64,000 bases of DNA from Chloroflexota bacterium (GTDB lineage Bacteria > Chloroflexota > Dehalococcoidia > JAUQQI01), in contig PSKS01000001.1 of NCBI GenBank assembly GCA_040289115.1, forward strand, positions 16,081 to 80,080, in the 5' to 3' direction. Under the pieces are notes generated by a model that did not search any database, was not told the DNA's origin, and was given only the letters and a program-made list of their open reading frames with translations. Shown piece by piece: positions 52,015 through 61,259 of this stretch. The translations under genes were made by a program, and so were the position numbers. How positions within the stretch are numbered: the first letter of the stretch is position 1; every line of letters begins with the position of its first letter.

Positions 52015-53488
52015 AATCGTCCCCCCCGAGGCGACGGGCATAGGCCGTCCGGATTTCAAAGACCACCGGCAGGTCGGGTCGCCCCACTAGGTTCGGATAC
52101 CAGGCCGGGAAGAACACCAGGTAGTCGGCCCCCCGCCGGCGCAGTTCGGCCACCAGCCGGTCTGGGTCCCGGACGTGGGGTATAAGCTCCGGGTTGAGAA
52201 GGCCGGCCGTATCGATTAAAGTCCGGCCGCCGAAATAACCCAGGGCCCCCACGTCGTGGCCGGCGATAACCGCCCCGGGCGGGGTCTCCGTCTGAACCCA
52301 ACGGGCAACCCCCAGGTGCTCGTCATTAATCCAGCGCACCTCGAGGCCGTAGCTTCGGGCCGTGGCCAGGTCAAAGAGGGCCACGGCGAAGAACAAAACC
52401 CGGGGAAACCAGCGACGGACGACCTTCAGCCCAAGGCTGTTAAGGGCGTGCTCGACGCCCAGTAAGCCGCCCACCAACAGGGCCGGCAGGGTTGGCTGAA
52501 GGTAGCGGCCGTGGTGAAAGGTTGCCGGGACAACCTGGGATAAAACGACCAGGAGGACCAGGGGCCAGAGGACCAGTGGCAAGGTTTCTGGCCGGCGGCC
52601 GAAGCGGACGGCCGCCACCAGAAAGCCGGGACCGAGCAGCAAAAGCGGCCCCCTAATCAGTTCCGTCAGGACCGCCGGTAAGAAAAAGGCCAGGTTGGTA
52701 AGTCCTCCACCCCCACCATACCCGACATACTTGGCCATGAAGGTACTGGGGAACGGGCTGCCGGCCACCTGCCAGTTCCAGAAGCCCACCGGTCCCACCA
52801 GCAGGGCCCAAACTAGGGCAGCCGCAGCCACCCGAAAACCTAGAGATCCCCGGCGATCCGCCCAGGTACCCTCGGCACCAACCCGGGCCAAGCCCACGAG
52901 GCCGGCCAGCAGCCCCAGCTCGGGCCGGAGCAGGGTGCCCACGGCGGCTGTGCCCCCGAAGAAGGCCCAGCCCTTAACGGTCGAGGACCCGGACACCGCC
53001 CAAGCGAGCATAACCAGCACCACCCAGAGGGCGGCTGCCGTCTCCATTCCTGACAGCCCGGACCAGAGGATGTGCGCCTCCCCGGCCACCAGCAACCCCG
53101 CCCAGCCGGCCCAGGCCGAATCGGGGGCGAGCCGCCGGGCCAGACCTACTGCCTGCCTGCCGGCCAACCCCACGAAGGCCACCCCCCACCCCAGGGCCCA
53201 CCCGACCGGGTCAGCCCCGAGCAAGTGGCCCACGGCCATCAGCCAGGTCCAGAGGGGGGCCGTGGAGGCGGCCACCGGCCGCCCCTCGGCGTAATACATC
53301 CCCCCAAGGGCGAAAAAGTTTCGGGCGATGGTCTGGTGAATCCAGGGGTCGTCCAGGGGGAAACCGTAGCCGGTGCCGGCATAAACCCGGACGCTCAGTA
53401 GGCAGGTCAGGCCGAGGCCGGCGGCAAGCCCGAAGGGGGCAAGCTCTTCCCAGAGTCGACCGGTCAACGGGCTTTCTTTAGCGGCCAT
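51977..53488 (-). CDS. Multi-TM GT-C-type glycosyltransferase-like protein
   Basis: PLDDPWIH...ARN, SGMET, RPE, GRYLQP and DVGALGYF...DTAGL motifs, with about 11 TM helices. Confidence 0.75.
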   Translation of the reverse strand: MAAKESPLTGRLWEELAPFGLAAGLGLTCLLSVRVYAGTGYGFPLDDPWIHQTIARNFFALGGMYYAEGRPVAASTAPLWTWLMAVGHLLGADPVGWALGWGVAFVGLAGRQAVGLARRLAPDSAWAGWAGLLVAGEAHILWSGLSGMETAAALWVVLVMLAWAVSGSSTVKGWAFFGGTAAVGTLLRPELGLLAGLVGLARVGAEGTWADRRGSLGFRVAAAALVWALLVGPVGFWNWQVAGSPFPSTFMAKYVGYGGGGGLTNLAFFLPAVLTELIRGPLLLLGPGFLVAAVRFGRRPETLPLVLWPLVLLVVLSQVVPATFHHGRYLQPTLPALLVGGLLGVEHALNSLGLKVVRRWFPRVLFFAVALFDLATARSYGLEVRWINDEHLGVARWVQTETPPGAVIAGHDVGALGYFGGRTLIDTAGLLNPELIPHVRDPDRLVAELRRRGADYLVFFPAWYPNLVGRPDLPVVFEIRTAYARRLGGDDFIVVALNPPDRP

Positions 53489-54693
53489 AAGGATTGACGG
53501 TAAACTTCAGCCAGCGCGGCCCAGGCCACCAGCCCCGGGTAGACGGCCCAGACCCACCAGCCGTCGGCCCGGAGGCCGAGGACCAGGACGGCTGGGAACC
53601 AAACGCACCCGAGCCAGAGTACAAGGCCGGGGGCAGATCCGGCCCAGCGGCTCAGGAGCCAGCCGAGGGGAATCAGGAGGGCGACCAGGTCGAAAATTCC
53701 CACGTGGGGCGTAAGGAGGAGGTTAAGCAGGAGCACCCCGACCAGGCCGGCCCAGGGGAGACCTTCGGACCGGAGGATTTCTCCGGTCGACCGGACCAGA
53801 AGCCACCCCGCCACTAACAGCCCCAGGACGGCCGGGAAGGTAAAGGCGTGGGCTGGCTTCCAGGTTACGAAGCTCGGGCCGACGTTAACCTGGTATCCGC
53901 CAATGGCCGTGAGAAAATCGTCCACCCACCATCCGGCCGGCAGAGAGCTCAGCAACGTAAGCCCGGCCAGGCAGGCTCCAAACCCGGCCACAACCCCGAA
54001 CCGCCGGCGGGCGGCCGCCCAGCAGAGGACGAACAATATGGGTAAAAACGAAATCGAAGGCTTCACAGTTGCCAGGGCCAGGACCGCCCCGGCGGGCACA
54101 TCCCGGCCGCTGCGTAGCAGGCCCCAGGCGAGGGCCCCCAGGCTGACGACCGCCAGGCCGTACTGGCCCACGCTTATACCGAGCACAGCCGGCCAAAAAA
54201 GGCCCAAGCTGAAAAAGACGACCCCGAGGATAAGGGGCGGCGGTCGGGAAGAGGCCGCCCAGGCGACCGTAAGGCTCAGGGTCAGCAGGAGGGCAAGGTT
54301 GACGCCGCCCCAGACCCGGACGGCCACCTCCAGGGGGAGGGGCAGCAGCGGCCCGACCAGGACCACAATATATACCGGGTAATAGAAGCCGAACTGGGGC
54401 TCTTCCGGCAACCGAGGCCGGCCGTAGACCGCCTGGTGAATTTCGGCTTCAACCTCGGGACTGTACGGGTTCTGGCCCCGCAGGAGGGCCCGTCCCCCAA
54501 CCCACCGGGGATAGAGGTCCACCCCAAACGGCCAGAAGACCGCCCACCCGGTCCCCACCTCGACCCGAACGGCCCGTTCAGGCAGACTGTCCCCAAGTTG
54601 CCAGGCTACCGGCAGGCCCGCCCCCAGGGCCACCAGGAAACCCAGCAGGGGCATAAGCCAGACTCGGTCCGATAAGGTTCGGAACGCGCTCAC
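53464..54693 (-). CDS. GT87/DUF2029-type polyprenol-P-sugar-dependent glycosyltransferase
   Basis: DLYPRW...GQNPY, FYYP, GQ and LATVKP motifs. Start re-called to GTG 54693 (alternative ATG 54654). Confidence 0.75.
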   Translation of the reverse strand: MSAFRTLSDRVWLMPLLGFLVALGAGLPVAWQLGDSLPERAVRVEVGTGWAVFWPFGVDLYPRWVGGRALLRGQNPYSPEVEAEIHQAVYGRPRLPEEPQFGFYYPVYIVVLVGPLLPLPLEVAVRVWGGVNLALLLTLSLTVAWAASSRPPPLILGVVFFSLGLFWPAVLGISVGQYGLAVVSLGALAWGLLRSGRDVPAGAVLALATVKPSISFLPILFVLCWAAARRRFGVVAGFGACLAGLTLLSSLPAGWWVDDFLTAIGGYQVNVGPSFVTWKPAHAFTFPAVLGLLVAGWLLVRSTGEILRSEGLPWAGLVGVLLLNLLLTPHVGIFDLVALLIPLGWLLSRWAGSAPGLVLWLGCVWFPAVLVLGLRADGWWVWAVYPGLVAWAALAEVYRQSLWPLKKAR

Positions 54694-54746
54694 CGGCTCG
54701 CCAGTCTCCCGGCCGGGAATGTCAAGCCGCCCGCGCCGCTGAATGC

Positions 54747-56300
54747 CTAACCCTCCACCCGGAAGATTTTTATGTCGTCCACCTGTCCAGCAAGCCGGAA
54801 CCGCGGGTTGGCTTGGGGGTCTTTCCAGAGGGGAAACCAGGGCTCGGGGAAAGCCGGCTCTAAAACAAGGTATTTTACTCCGTAGCGACGGCAGACCTCC
54901 CAGGTGGTCTCCAGGTCGTTGTTGGCCACTACGACGGCCGGGCTGCCGCTTAAGTAATGATAGCCGGGCGGGTCTACAATCATCACCGGCTCCGCGACCC
55001 CCTGCTGGCGGAACCAGGCGGCCACCGCCTCGTAGGCCCGGAACCGGAGGTCCCATTCGCCAGCCGCCCGGATGCCGAGGCCCACGCTGGCCACCACGAA
55101 GCCACCGACAAAGATGAGCCCGATGTTCCGGACGGCCCGCTCCGGCTCCCAACGGGGCCGGCGCCGGGCGACCCAGCTGATGGCCTCCTCGAGCCCCCAG
55201 GCGGCGGCCACTCCGAAAAAGGGCAGCCCTACCACCCCGCTGTGAAACAGCGTGCCCCGAGATGACGGGAACGTAAAGATTAGGGTGAGCACGACGAAGA
55301 GGACGGCCACATAGGCCCAGGCTAGGAGAAAAGCGGGGTCCCGACGCAGCCGCCAGACACCGAGGAAGCCGAACGGCAGTAACAAGATTAACGAAACACT
55401 CAGAAAGAAATTGAGGTTTTTAATAGCCGTACTAATTTTAGAGCTCACAATTGAATCAAAACCCCAGGCCAGATAATAATTCGGCCCAAGCTCGAGGCCG
55501 TAGCTGAAAACCTCATTGTAGTCTCGTAGCCAGGCAACTTTTAATCCGCCGCCAGGCAGGGGAGTTCCGAAGGTCAGCAGATTCCGGGCCCACCAGGGTC
55601 CGGCCACCAGGCAGAAGCCCAGCACCGCCAGGCCCACCAGCCCCAGTCGCCGCCCCAGGGAGGCCTTGGACCTCGGCCGAAGGGCCCAGCCAGCGACCAC
55701 AGCCAGCAGGAGGGGCCCATCGGGCCGGGCGAGGTAGCCGAGGCCGCTCAACCCGCCCGCCCCGACCGCCCCCCAGCCTCCCGATAGCGGCAGGTTCCGG
55801 GCCAGGTAAAGGGCCAGCGCCCCAGTCAGGCCGAAGAGGGCGAAGTTGTCGGTTCCGTGCCAGTAGATAAAGTAGCTTCCGCCGGTCCCGGTGATTACCG
55901 CCGCCCAAAGGCGCGGCCAGGCTGCCGGCGCCGGCCAGAGCCGTCCGGCCAGGTGGTAGGCAAACACCGGCAGGGCGGCCGAGGCGACAAGGCTCGGCAG
56001 CTGGGCAGCCCGGAAGGACTCCCCCAGAAGGCTAAAGGCTCCGGCGATGAGGATTGAGGTCAGGGGCATCCAGTAGTCGTTGCTTGGGTGGATTATCGTC
56101 GGGGGCGGATTTAGCCAGTTCCAGATGATATCTTCAACGAAGCCGCGGCCTAAGTAAAGGTTGCGGCCAACGTGATAGTAATAAAACGCGTCCATGTAGC
56201 CCGGCTGGGAGACCAGCTGGGCCCCAAGGAGCCGCAGTCCCAGGAAAACCCCGAAAAGGGGTAGGTAAGGTCGGCTCACCGCAACCGGTAAAGGCCACAT
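54747..56300 (-). CDS. GT39/ArnT-like (GT-C) membrane glycosyltransferase
   Basis: PGYMDAFYY, YWMPL, LARPDG, PWWARN..TFG and YGVKYLVLE motifs. The exact start is uncertain (56300, or GTG near 56279). Confidence 0.78.
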   Translation of the reverse strand: MWPLPVAVSRPYLPLFGVFLGLRLLGAQLVSQPGYMDAFYYYHVGRNLYLGRGFVEDIIWNWLNPPPTIIHPSNDYWMPLTSILIAGAFSLLGESFRAAQLPSLVASAALPVFAYHLAGRLWPAPAAWPRLWAAVITGTGGSYFIYWHGTDNFALFGLTGALALYLARNLPLSGGWGAVGAGGLSGLGYLARPDGPLLLAVVAGWALRPRSKASLGRRLGLVGLAVLGFCLVAGPWWARNLLTFGTPLPGGGLKVAWLRDYNEVFSYGLELGPNYYLAWGFDSIVSSKISTAIKNLNFFLSVSLILLLPFGFLGVWRLRRDPAFLLAWAYVAVLFVVLTLIFTFPSSRGTLFHSGVVGLPFFGVAAAWGLEEAISWVARRRPRWEPERAVRNIGLIFVGGFVVASVGLGIRAAGEWDLRFRAYEAVAAWFRQQGVAEPVMIVDPPGYHYLSGSPAVVVANNDLETTWEVCRRYGVKYLVLEPAFPEPWFPLWKDPQANPRFRLAGQVDDIKIFRVEG

Positions 56301-57680
56301 TCGGGCCGACCCTTCAGCTCGGCCCGGATCCGGGCCGCCTCTTCCGGGGAAGGGCTTCCCCAGACCCCAAACACATACTCAAAGCCCCGCCAGCTCACCA
56401 GGACCGTCCGGTAACCCTGAGGCAGCCCGGGCCGCCACCGGGTCCAGGCCCGAGGTTCGCCAGAGGTCCAGCAGGTCATCGGGCAGGCAGAAATAGGCCC
56501 GGGGCTCCCAGAGAAAAAGGGCTGGGGCCGCGCCGGGAGCATAGGCGGCTGAAACGGCCCAGTAGTCGCTTCCCAAGGTCCAGTCGTAAAAGTCGGCTGC
56601 CGAACTTGGTTCCAGGCCGCCGGCCGGCAGGGGGCCGGCCAGAATCCCGCCCCAAAGGCTTATCAAGTTAACGGCCGCCACAATTGCTACCGTCTCCCGG
56701 AGGAAAAACTGAAACTCCGAAAGGTCGATGGCCCGGGCCCAGAAAACGGCGGCCACCACCAGGAGGAACAGAATAGAGCGGCCCTGCATCAGGTTGGCCG
56801 AAAAAAGCCCGGGGCTGACCCTAGGGGTAAAACCGCCGGCAACGAAACGGCCCCGGGCCCGCGCCCCGTCGTCCCCGGCCTGGTGCCGGACAAGGAGTGC
56901 CGGAAAGGTCGCCAGCCACACCACTCTCAGGGTGAGATCGTAGCTCAAGGTGCCCGCCGTGGCAAGGGTCGAAAGTTCTAAAGGGGACGCGGCCAAGGAC
57001 AGCAGGCGGAATAGGTCCGGACCCCAGCCGACGCCCCCGAACAGGAACGGGTAGACCGGGTTACCCATCCGCACGCAGGGGTCCAGGCACCAGGGGAAAG
57101 CCATCGGTCCGGCGATAGGGAGCGCTTGGGGAATAACGGGCAAATAAAGGGGGGCTAAAATCAGCACAAAGCTGGCCTCGGCCAGCTCGGGGAAAAAGAA
57201 TGGGGCGCCCCTCAGGTCCGGATACCGGCCGGTTTCCAGCATCACCTTGGGGACCGTCAAGTAATTCACGAGGGCGCCCCACTCGAAGGGCCGTGCCGCG
57301 GCGACGGCCCCTAAAGGCACCGCTAAGGCCGGGCCTCCGGCTATCAAATCTGGGTCGAATCCCTGGCCGGCAAAGTTTTAAAACCTTTTGCCGGCCAGAA
57401 GTCCGACCGCCCCGATAACGGCGGCCCGGAGCCGCAAGTTTTCGGCCCGGGCCAGGCCGACCGAAGTTAGCCCGAGGCCCAGATCGCCTAGGATGATAAA
57501 TCCGGCCCCTCGCCCACTCGGGAACCGACCACCGGTCCCGCCGCAGGATTTGACGGCCATCTCGCGGGGAAATCGGCGGGAAGGGGCTTGTGAACGGCAA
57601 GGTTAGGGCTGTAGATGGCGGCGGCCCAGCGGGCGAGCAGGCCAAGCCGAACAGCCCGGTCAGGGCGATGGTGGGTGCGG
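56276..57680 (-). pseudogene. Eroded GT-C-type membrane protein gene (frameshifts plus internal deletion)
   Basis: Fragments in different frames: ..AVHKP.., LGLGLTS, WGALVNYLTVPK, FPELAE, PW...GNPVYPFLFGG, LFLWEPRAYFC, and a C-terminal GYRTVLV...LYRLR. Confidence 0.6.
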
Positions 57681-57682
57681 TT

Positions 57683-59038
57683 TTAATCGCCTTCGCCGTA
57701 GTAGGCCTGGAGGGCGCGGTCCAGTTTAACGCCCGTGAGCACTGTGCCCAGGATGCGGGCATTGACCTTCTCCAGGGCAGCCTTAGCCCGGCGGGCAAAC
57801 TCCCGCCGGGTCTTCCCCGCCTGGAGAACCAGCAGCACCCCGTCGACACGGCTGGCCAGGATGAGGGCATCGGTGACGGCCAGAACGGGGGGTGAATCGT
57901 AAAGGACATAATCGGCCGTCTCGGCCAGCCGCGCCATCACCTCTGCCATCCGGCGGGAAGCCAGAAGCTCGGCAGGGTTGGGGGGAAGGGGGCCGCTGGG
58001 CAGGAGCCAGAGGTTCTCAACGCCCGTCTCGAAGAGGGGCAGCTCCTGGTCGGGCTCGCCAATGACCAAGCTGGTAAGCCCCACCTGATTTTTAAGGCCG
58101 AAAAGCTTGTGGAGGCCAGGGCGCCGGAGGTCAGCGTCGACGGCAATGACCCGACTCCCGGCCTGGGCAAAGGCGATGGCCAGGTTGGCCAAGGTCGTAG
58201 TCTTGCCCTCTTCCGGGCCCGTCGACGTAATCAGGATAGTCCGGACCGGCCGGTCCGGACTGGCAAACTGGATGCTGATGCGAAGCTGGCGGAAGGCTTC
58301 GGCCACTGGCGAGCGGGGGTCGAGCTTGCTGATTAGGGCTTTTTGCATATCCAAGGAATACCCTCCGGAAATGCGACCGGCCGGGGCGGGGAGTCTGGGG
58401 ACGACCCCGAGGACCGCCTGGCCCAGCAACCTTTCGGATTCCTCGGCCGACTTGACGGTGTCATCCAGAAACTCCAAAAGAAACGCCGCCAACACCCCGA
58501 TTACCAGCCCCAGCACCGCCCCGGCCAGGACGTTGGACCGGGTTCGGGGCCAGGCCAACACCGGCGGTGACGGGTCGTCGTAGCGCTCCACGTCGACCCG
58601 GTCCCGCTTGTCCACATCCTTCATCCGGAGCTGTTGCTGCTCCCGGAAGGCCTCGGCCAGGGCCATGACGATCCGCCGGGCCATCTCCGGGTTCGGGTCG
58701 TCAGCCTCGACCAGAATCGCCTGGGCGTCGGCGGCCTCGCTTACCCGGACCCTTCGGCGAAACTCCTCCGGCGAAAGGTCGAGCTGGAGCTGGCTATTTA
58801 CCCGCTTGATGATAGCATCGGTTGTCAGGAGCTGGCTGTACTGGCGGATGGTCTCCCGCACTACCAGGGTAACGCCGTAATCCGGACGCCACGGGATGAC
58901 GAAGAGCCTAATGGAGGACCGATAGAAGGGCTGTTGAAGCTTGCTGTAAACGTAGGCCGAACCAGCAGCCAGCACCACCAGGATCGCAATCAACCACCAC
59001 CTTCGGCCCAGGACCCGCCAGTAATCTTTCAGCCCCAT
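57683..59038 (-). CDS. Fused Wzz/CpsC chain-length regulator and CpsD/CapB BY-kinase (Wzc-like)
   Basis: RRWWLI TM1, WPR TM2, AEAFRQLR, Walker A GPEEGKTT, A' DADLRRP, B DSPP, and a C-terminal YY. Confidence 0.9.
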   Translation of the reverse strand: MGLKDYWRVLGRRWWLIAILVVLAAGSAYVYSKLQQPFYRSSIRLFVIPWRPDYGVTLVVRETIRQYSQLLTTDAIIKRVNSQLQLDLSPEEFRRRVRVSEAADAQAILVEADDPNPEMARRIVMALAEAFREQQQLRMKDVDKRDRVDVERYDDPSPPVLAWPRTRSNVLAGAVLGLVIGVLAAFLLEFLDDTVKSAEESERLLGQAVLGVVPRLPAPAGRISGGYSLDMQKALISKLDPRSPVAEAFRQLRISIQFASPDRPVRTILITSTGPEEGKTTTLANLAIAFAQAGSRVIAVDADLRRPGLHKLFGLKNQVGLTSLVIGEPDQELPLFETGVENLWLLPSGPLPPNPAELLASRRMAEVMARLAETADYVLYDSPPVLAVTDALILASRVDGVLLVLQAGKTRREFARRAKAALEKVNARILGTVLTGVKLDRALQAYYGEGD

Positions 59039-59046
59039 CAACGGCC

Positions 59047-59099
59047 ATTTTATAGCTTATTCACCCAGCCTTGTCAACGGCCGGCTGTGACGCTAGACT
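59047..59099. promoter_or_regulatory. Bidirectional promoter with overlapping -35 elements (TTGTCAA)
   Basis: Plus strand: TTGTCA (59071-59076), N17, TAGACT (59094-59099). Minus strand: TTGACA (59072-59077), N17, TATAAA (59049-59054). Confidence 0.65.
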
Positions 59100-59108
59100 T
59101 TTGGGGGT

Positions 59109-60521
59109 ATGGGCGTTAACAGGATCCCGGTTATCGGCGCGGCCAAGGCCCTGCGGAACGCGGCCCGGCTCCTGCGCCTGGGCGGGGGTACGGCCTTCCC
59201 CGGCCTGGTCGTCGAGGCTGTTGCGCCTGATTACCTGGATGAGTGGACCCAGCAGCTTACCGGGGGGGTCATCCTCGTAAGCGGCACTAACGGCAAGACC
59301 ACCACCGTCCGGATGACGGCTGAGATTCTGCTGCGGGCCGGCTACGAGCCCGTCTCCAACCGGGCCGGGTCGAACCTGCTCCGGGGCATCCTGAGCGCCC
59401 TGGTGGAGCGCTCCGACTGGCAGGGCCGCCTCGTCTTAGGGGGGCGTGGGGTGGGCCTTTTTGAGGTGGATGAGGGGACCCTTCCCCAGATGCTGGACCG
59501 GCTCCGGCCCCACGTGGTGGTTTTGACCAACCTTTTCCGGGACCAGCTCGACCGCTACGGGGAGGTCGAGGCCCTGGCCCGGGCCTGGCGGCGGGTGCTG
59601 GCCGAAACCCCGCCGGAGGTCCTCATCGTAAACGCCGATGACCCGAACCTTGCCGCCCTGGCCGAGGAGTTTCCCAAAGATGTGTTCCTTTTCGGCCTGG
59701 AAGGCTCGCCCTTTACCCGGGACCAGCTTCCCCACGCCGCCGACGCCCGCTTCTGTCCCCGGTGCAACGGCCCCCTTAAATACGACTTAGTCTATTACAG
59801 TCACCTGGGCAAGTACCGGTGTCCCGACTGCGGCTGGACAAGGCCGGTTCCCGACATTGCCGGCGAAATCGTCCGGACCCAGGGGGTTGAAAACTTGGGT
59901 TTGCTGATTCAGTTTGGGGGCGAGCCCTTCGAGGTTGACCTGCCGATTGGGGGAACGTATAATGCCTATAACGCCCTGGCCGCCACCGCCGTGGCCTACG
60001 CCTACCGGGTGCCAGTTAGGCTAGTCCGGCAGGGGCTGGGGGCCTTCCAGCCGGCCTTCGGCCGCCAGCAGGTCGTAGTCTTTAACCGCCGCCGGCTTGT
60101 AACCATTTTGGTCAAAAACCCGGCCGGCTTTAACGAGGCCATAAACCTGATCCTTTCAGACGGCCGGGACGAGCCAAAAAACCTGTTAATCATCCTCAAC
60201 GACCGGGTAAACGACGGAAGGGATATCTCCTGGATCTGGGATGTGGATTTCGACCTACTCCGAGGTTGGGTCGGCTTGGTAGTCGCCTCGGGCCTTCGGG
60301 CCGCCGAGATGGCCCTCCGGCTCAAATACGCTGAAGTTGCCGGCACCGTTGACTCCCCCGAGCCCATCGTCGAACCCGATATCCGCCGGGCCATAGATAT
60401 CGCCGTCGAGAAGACCCGTCCCGGCTCGACCCTTTACATCTTGCCGACCTATACGGCCCTGCTTGACCTGCAGCGAATCCTGGCCCGGCGGGGGCTTACC
60501 CGGCCTTACTGGGAAGCTTGA
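59109..60521 (+). CDS. murT: Lipid II isoglutaminyl synthase subunit MurT (Mur ligase plus DUF1727)
   Basis: SGTNGKTTT, EVDE, NLFRDQLDRYGE, CPRC...CPDC zinc finger, KNPAG, DGRDISWIWD and PTYTA motifs. Confidence 0.92.
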   Translation: MGVNRIPVIGAAKALRNAARLLRLGGGTAFPGLVVEAVAPDYLDEWTQQLTGGVILVSGTNGKTTTVRMTAEILLRAGYEPVSNRAGSNLLRGILSALVERSDWQGRLVLGGRGVGLFEVDEGTLPQMLDRLRPHVVVLTNLFRDQLDRYGEVEALARAWRRVLAETPPEVLIVNADDPNLAALAEEFPKDVFLFGLEGSPFTRDQLPHAADARFCPRCNGPLKYDLVYYSHLGKYRCPDCGWTRPVPDIAGEIVRTQGVENLGLLIQFGGEPFEVDLPIGGTYNAYNALAATAVAYAYRVPVRLVRQGLGAFQPAFGRQQVVVFNRRRLVTILVKNPAGFNEAINLILSDGRDEPKNLLIILNDRVNDGRDISWIWDVDFDLLRGWVGLVVASGLRAAEMALRLKYAEVAGTVDSPEPIVEPDIRRAIDIAVEKTRPGSTLYILPTYTALLDLQRILARRGLTRPYWEA

Positions 60522-61255
60522 TGGAGCTGCGCATCGGCTATTTTTACCCCGACGAGCTCAACCTCTACGCCGACCGGGGCAACGTCATCTGCCTGGTCCA
60601 GCGCTGCCGGTGGCGGGGAATCGACGTCCGGGTGGTGCCGGTGGAGCTTAGGGAACGGTTCAACCCCGACGACTTCGACATCCTTATCCTAGGTGGCGGT
60701 CAGGACCGGGACCAGCGGATCGTTGCCGACGACCTGGTGGAGGTGAAGGGTGAGGCTCTGCGGTCGGCGGTGGAGTCGGGGGTGGTGGTGCTGGCGGCCT
60801 GCGCCGCCTACCAGCTTTTGGGCCACTATTACCAGCCGGCCGAGGGGGAGCGGATCCGGGGCCTGGGCATCTTCGACGCCTACACCATCCACCCAGGCCC
60901 GAGCGAGCCGCGGTGCATCGGCAACATCGTCGTCGAGTGGCAGGGCCGGACCCTAGTGGGGTTTGAAAACCACGGCGGCCGGACGGTCCTCGGCCCGGGG
61001 GCCACACCCCTGGGGCGGGTGGTCGTCGGCTTCGGGAATAACGGCCAGGACGGCACGGAAGGGGCAGTTTATAAAGCTGCCTTCGGCACCTACATGCACG
61101 GGTCCCTCCTGCCCAAAAACCCCCACTTCGCCGACCACCTCATCTGGCTCGCTCTAAAACGCCGCTACACCGACGTGACCCTGGCCCCCCTGGACGACCG
61201 GCTAGAGCTGGCGGCCCATCAGGCGGCGGTTCAGCGGGCCAAGGCCGGAGGTTAG
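60521..61255 (+). CDS. gatD: Glutamine amidotransferase GatD (CobQ-like)
   Basis: NLYADRGN, GGGQD, ACAAYQLLG (Cys), GFENHGG and YMHGSLLPKN motifs; TGATG coupling to murT. Confidence 0.92.
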   Translation: MELRIGYFYPDELNLYADRGNVICLVQRCRWRGIDVRVVPVELRERFNPDDFDILILGGGQDRDQRIVADDLVEVKGEALRSAVESGVVVLAACAAYQLLGHYYQPAEGERIRGLGIFDAYTIHPGPSEPRCIGNIVVEWQGRTLVGFENHGGRTVLGPGATPLGRVVVGFGNNGQDGTEGAVYKAAFGTYMHGSLLPKNPHFADHLIWLALKRRYTDVTLAPLDDRLELAAHQAAVQRAKAGG

Positions 61256-61259
61256 GGCG

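Noticed and set aside
54694-55152. N-terminal extension of the 53464..55152 ORF (likewise 39389-39703, 47173-47283, 29220-29330)
   Set aside because: These are low-complexity sequences overlapping the upstream gene, and better downstream starts exist.
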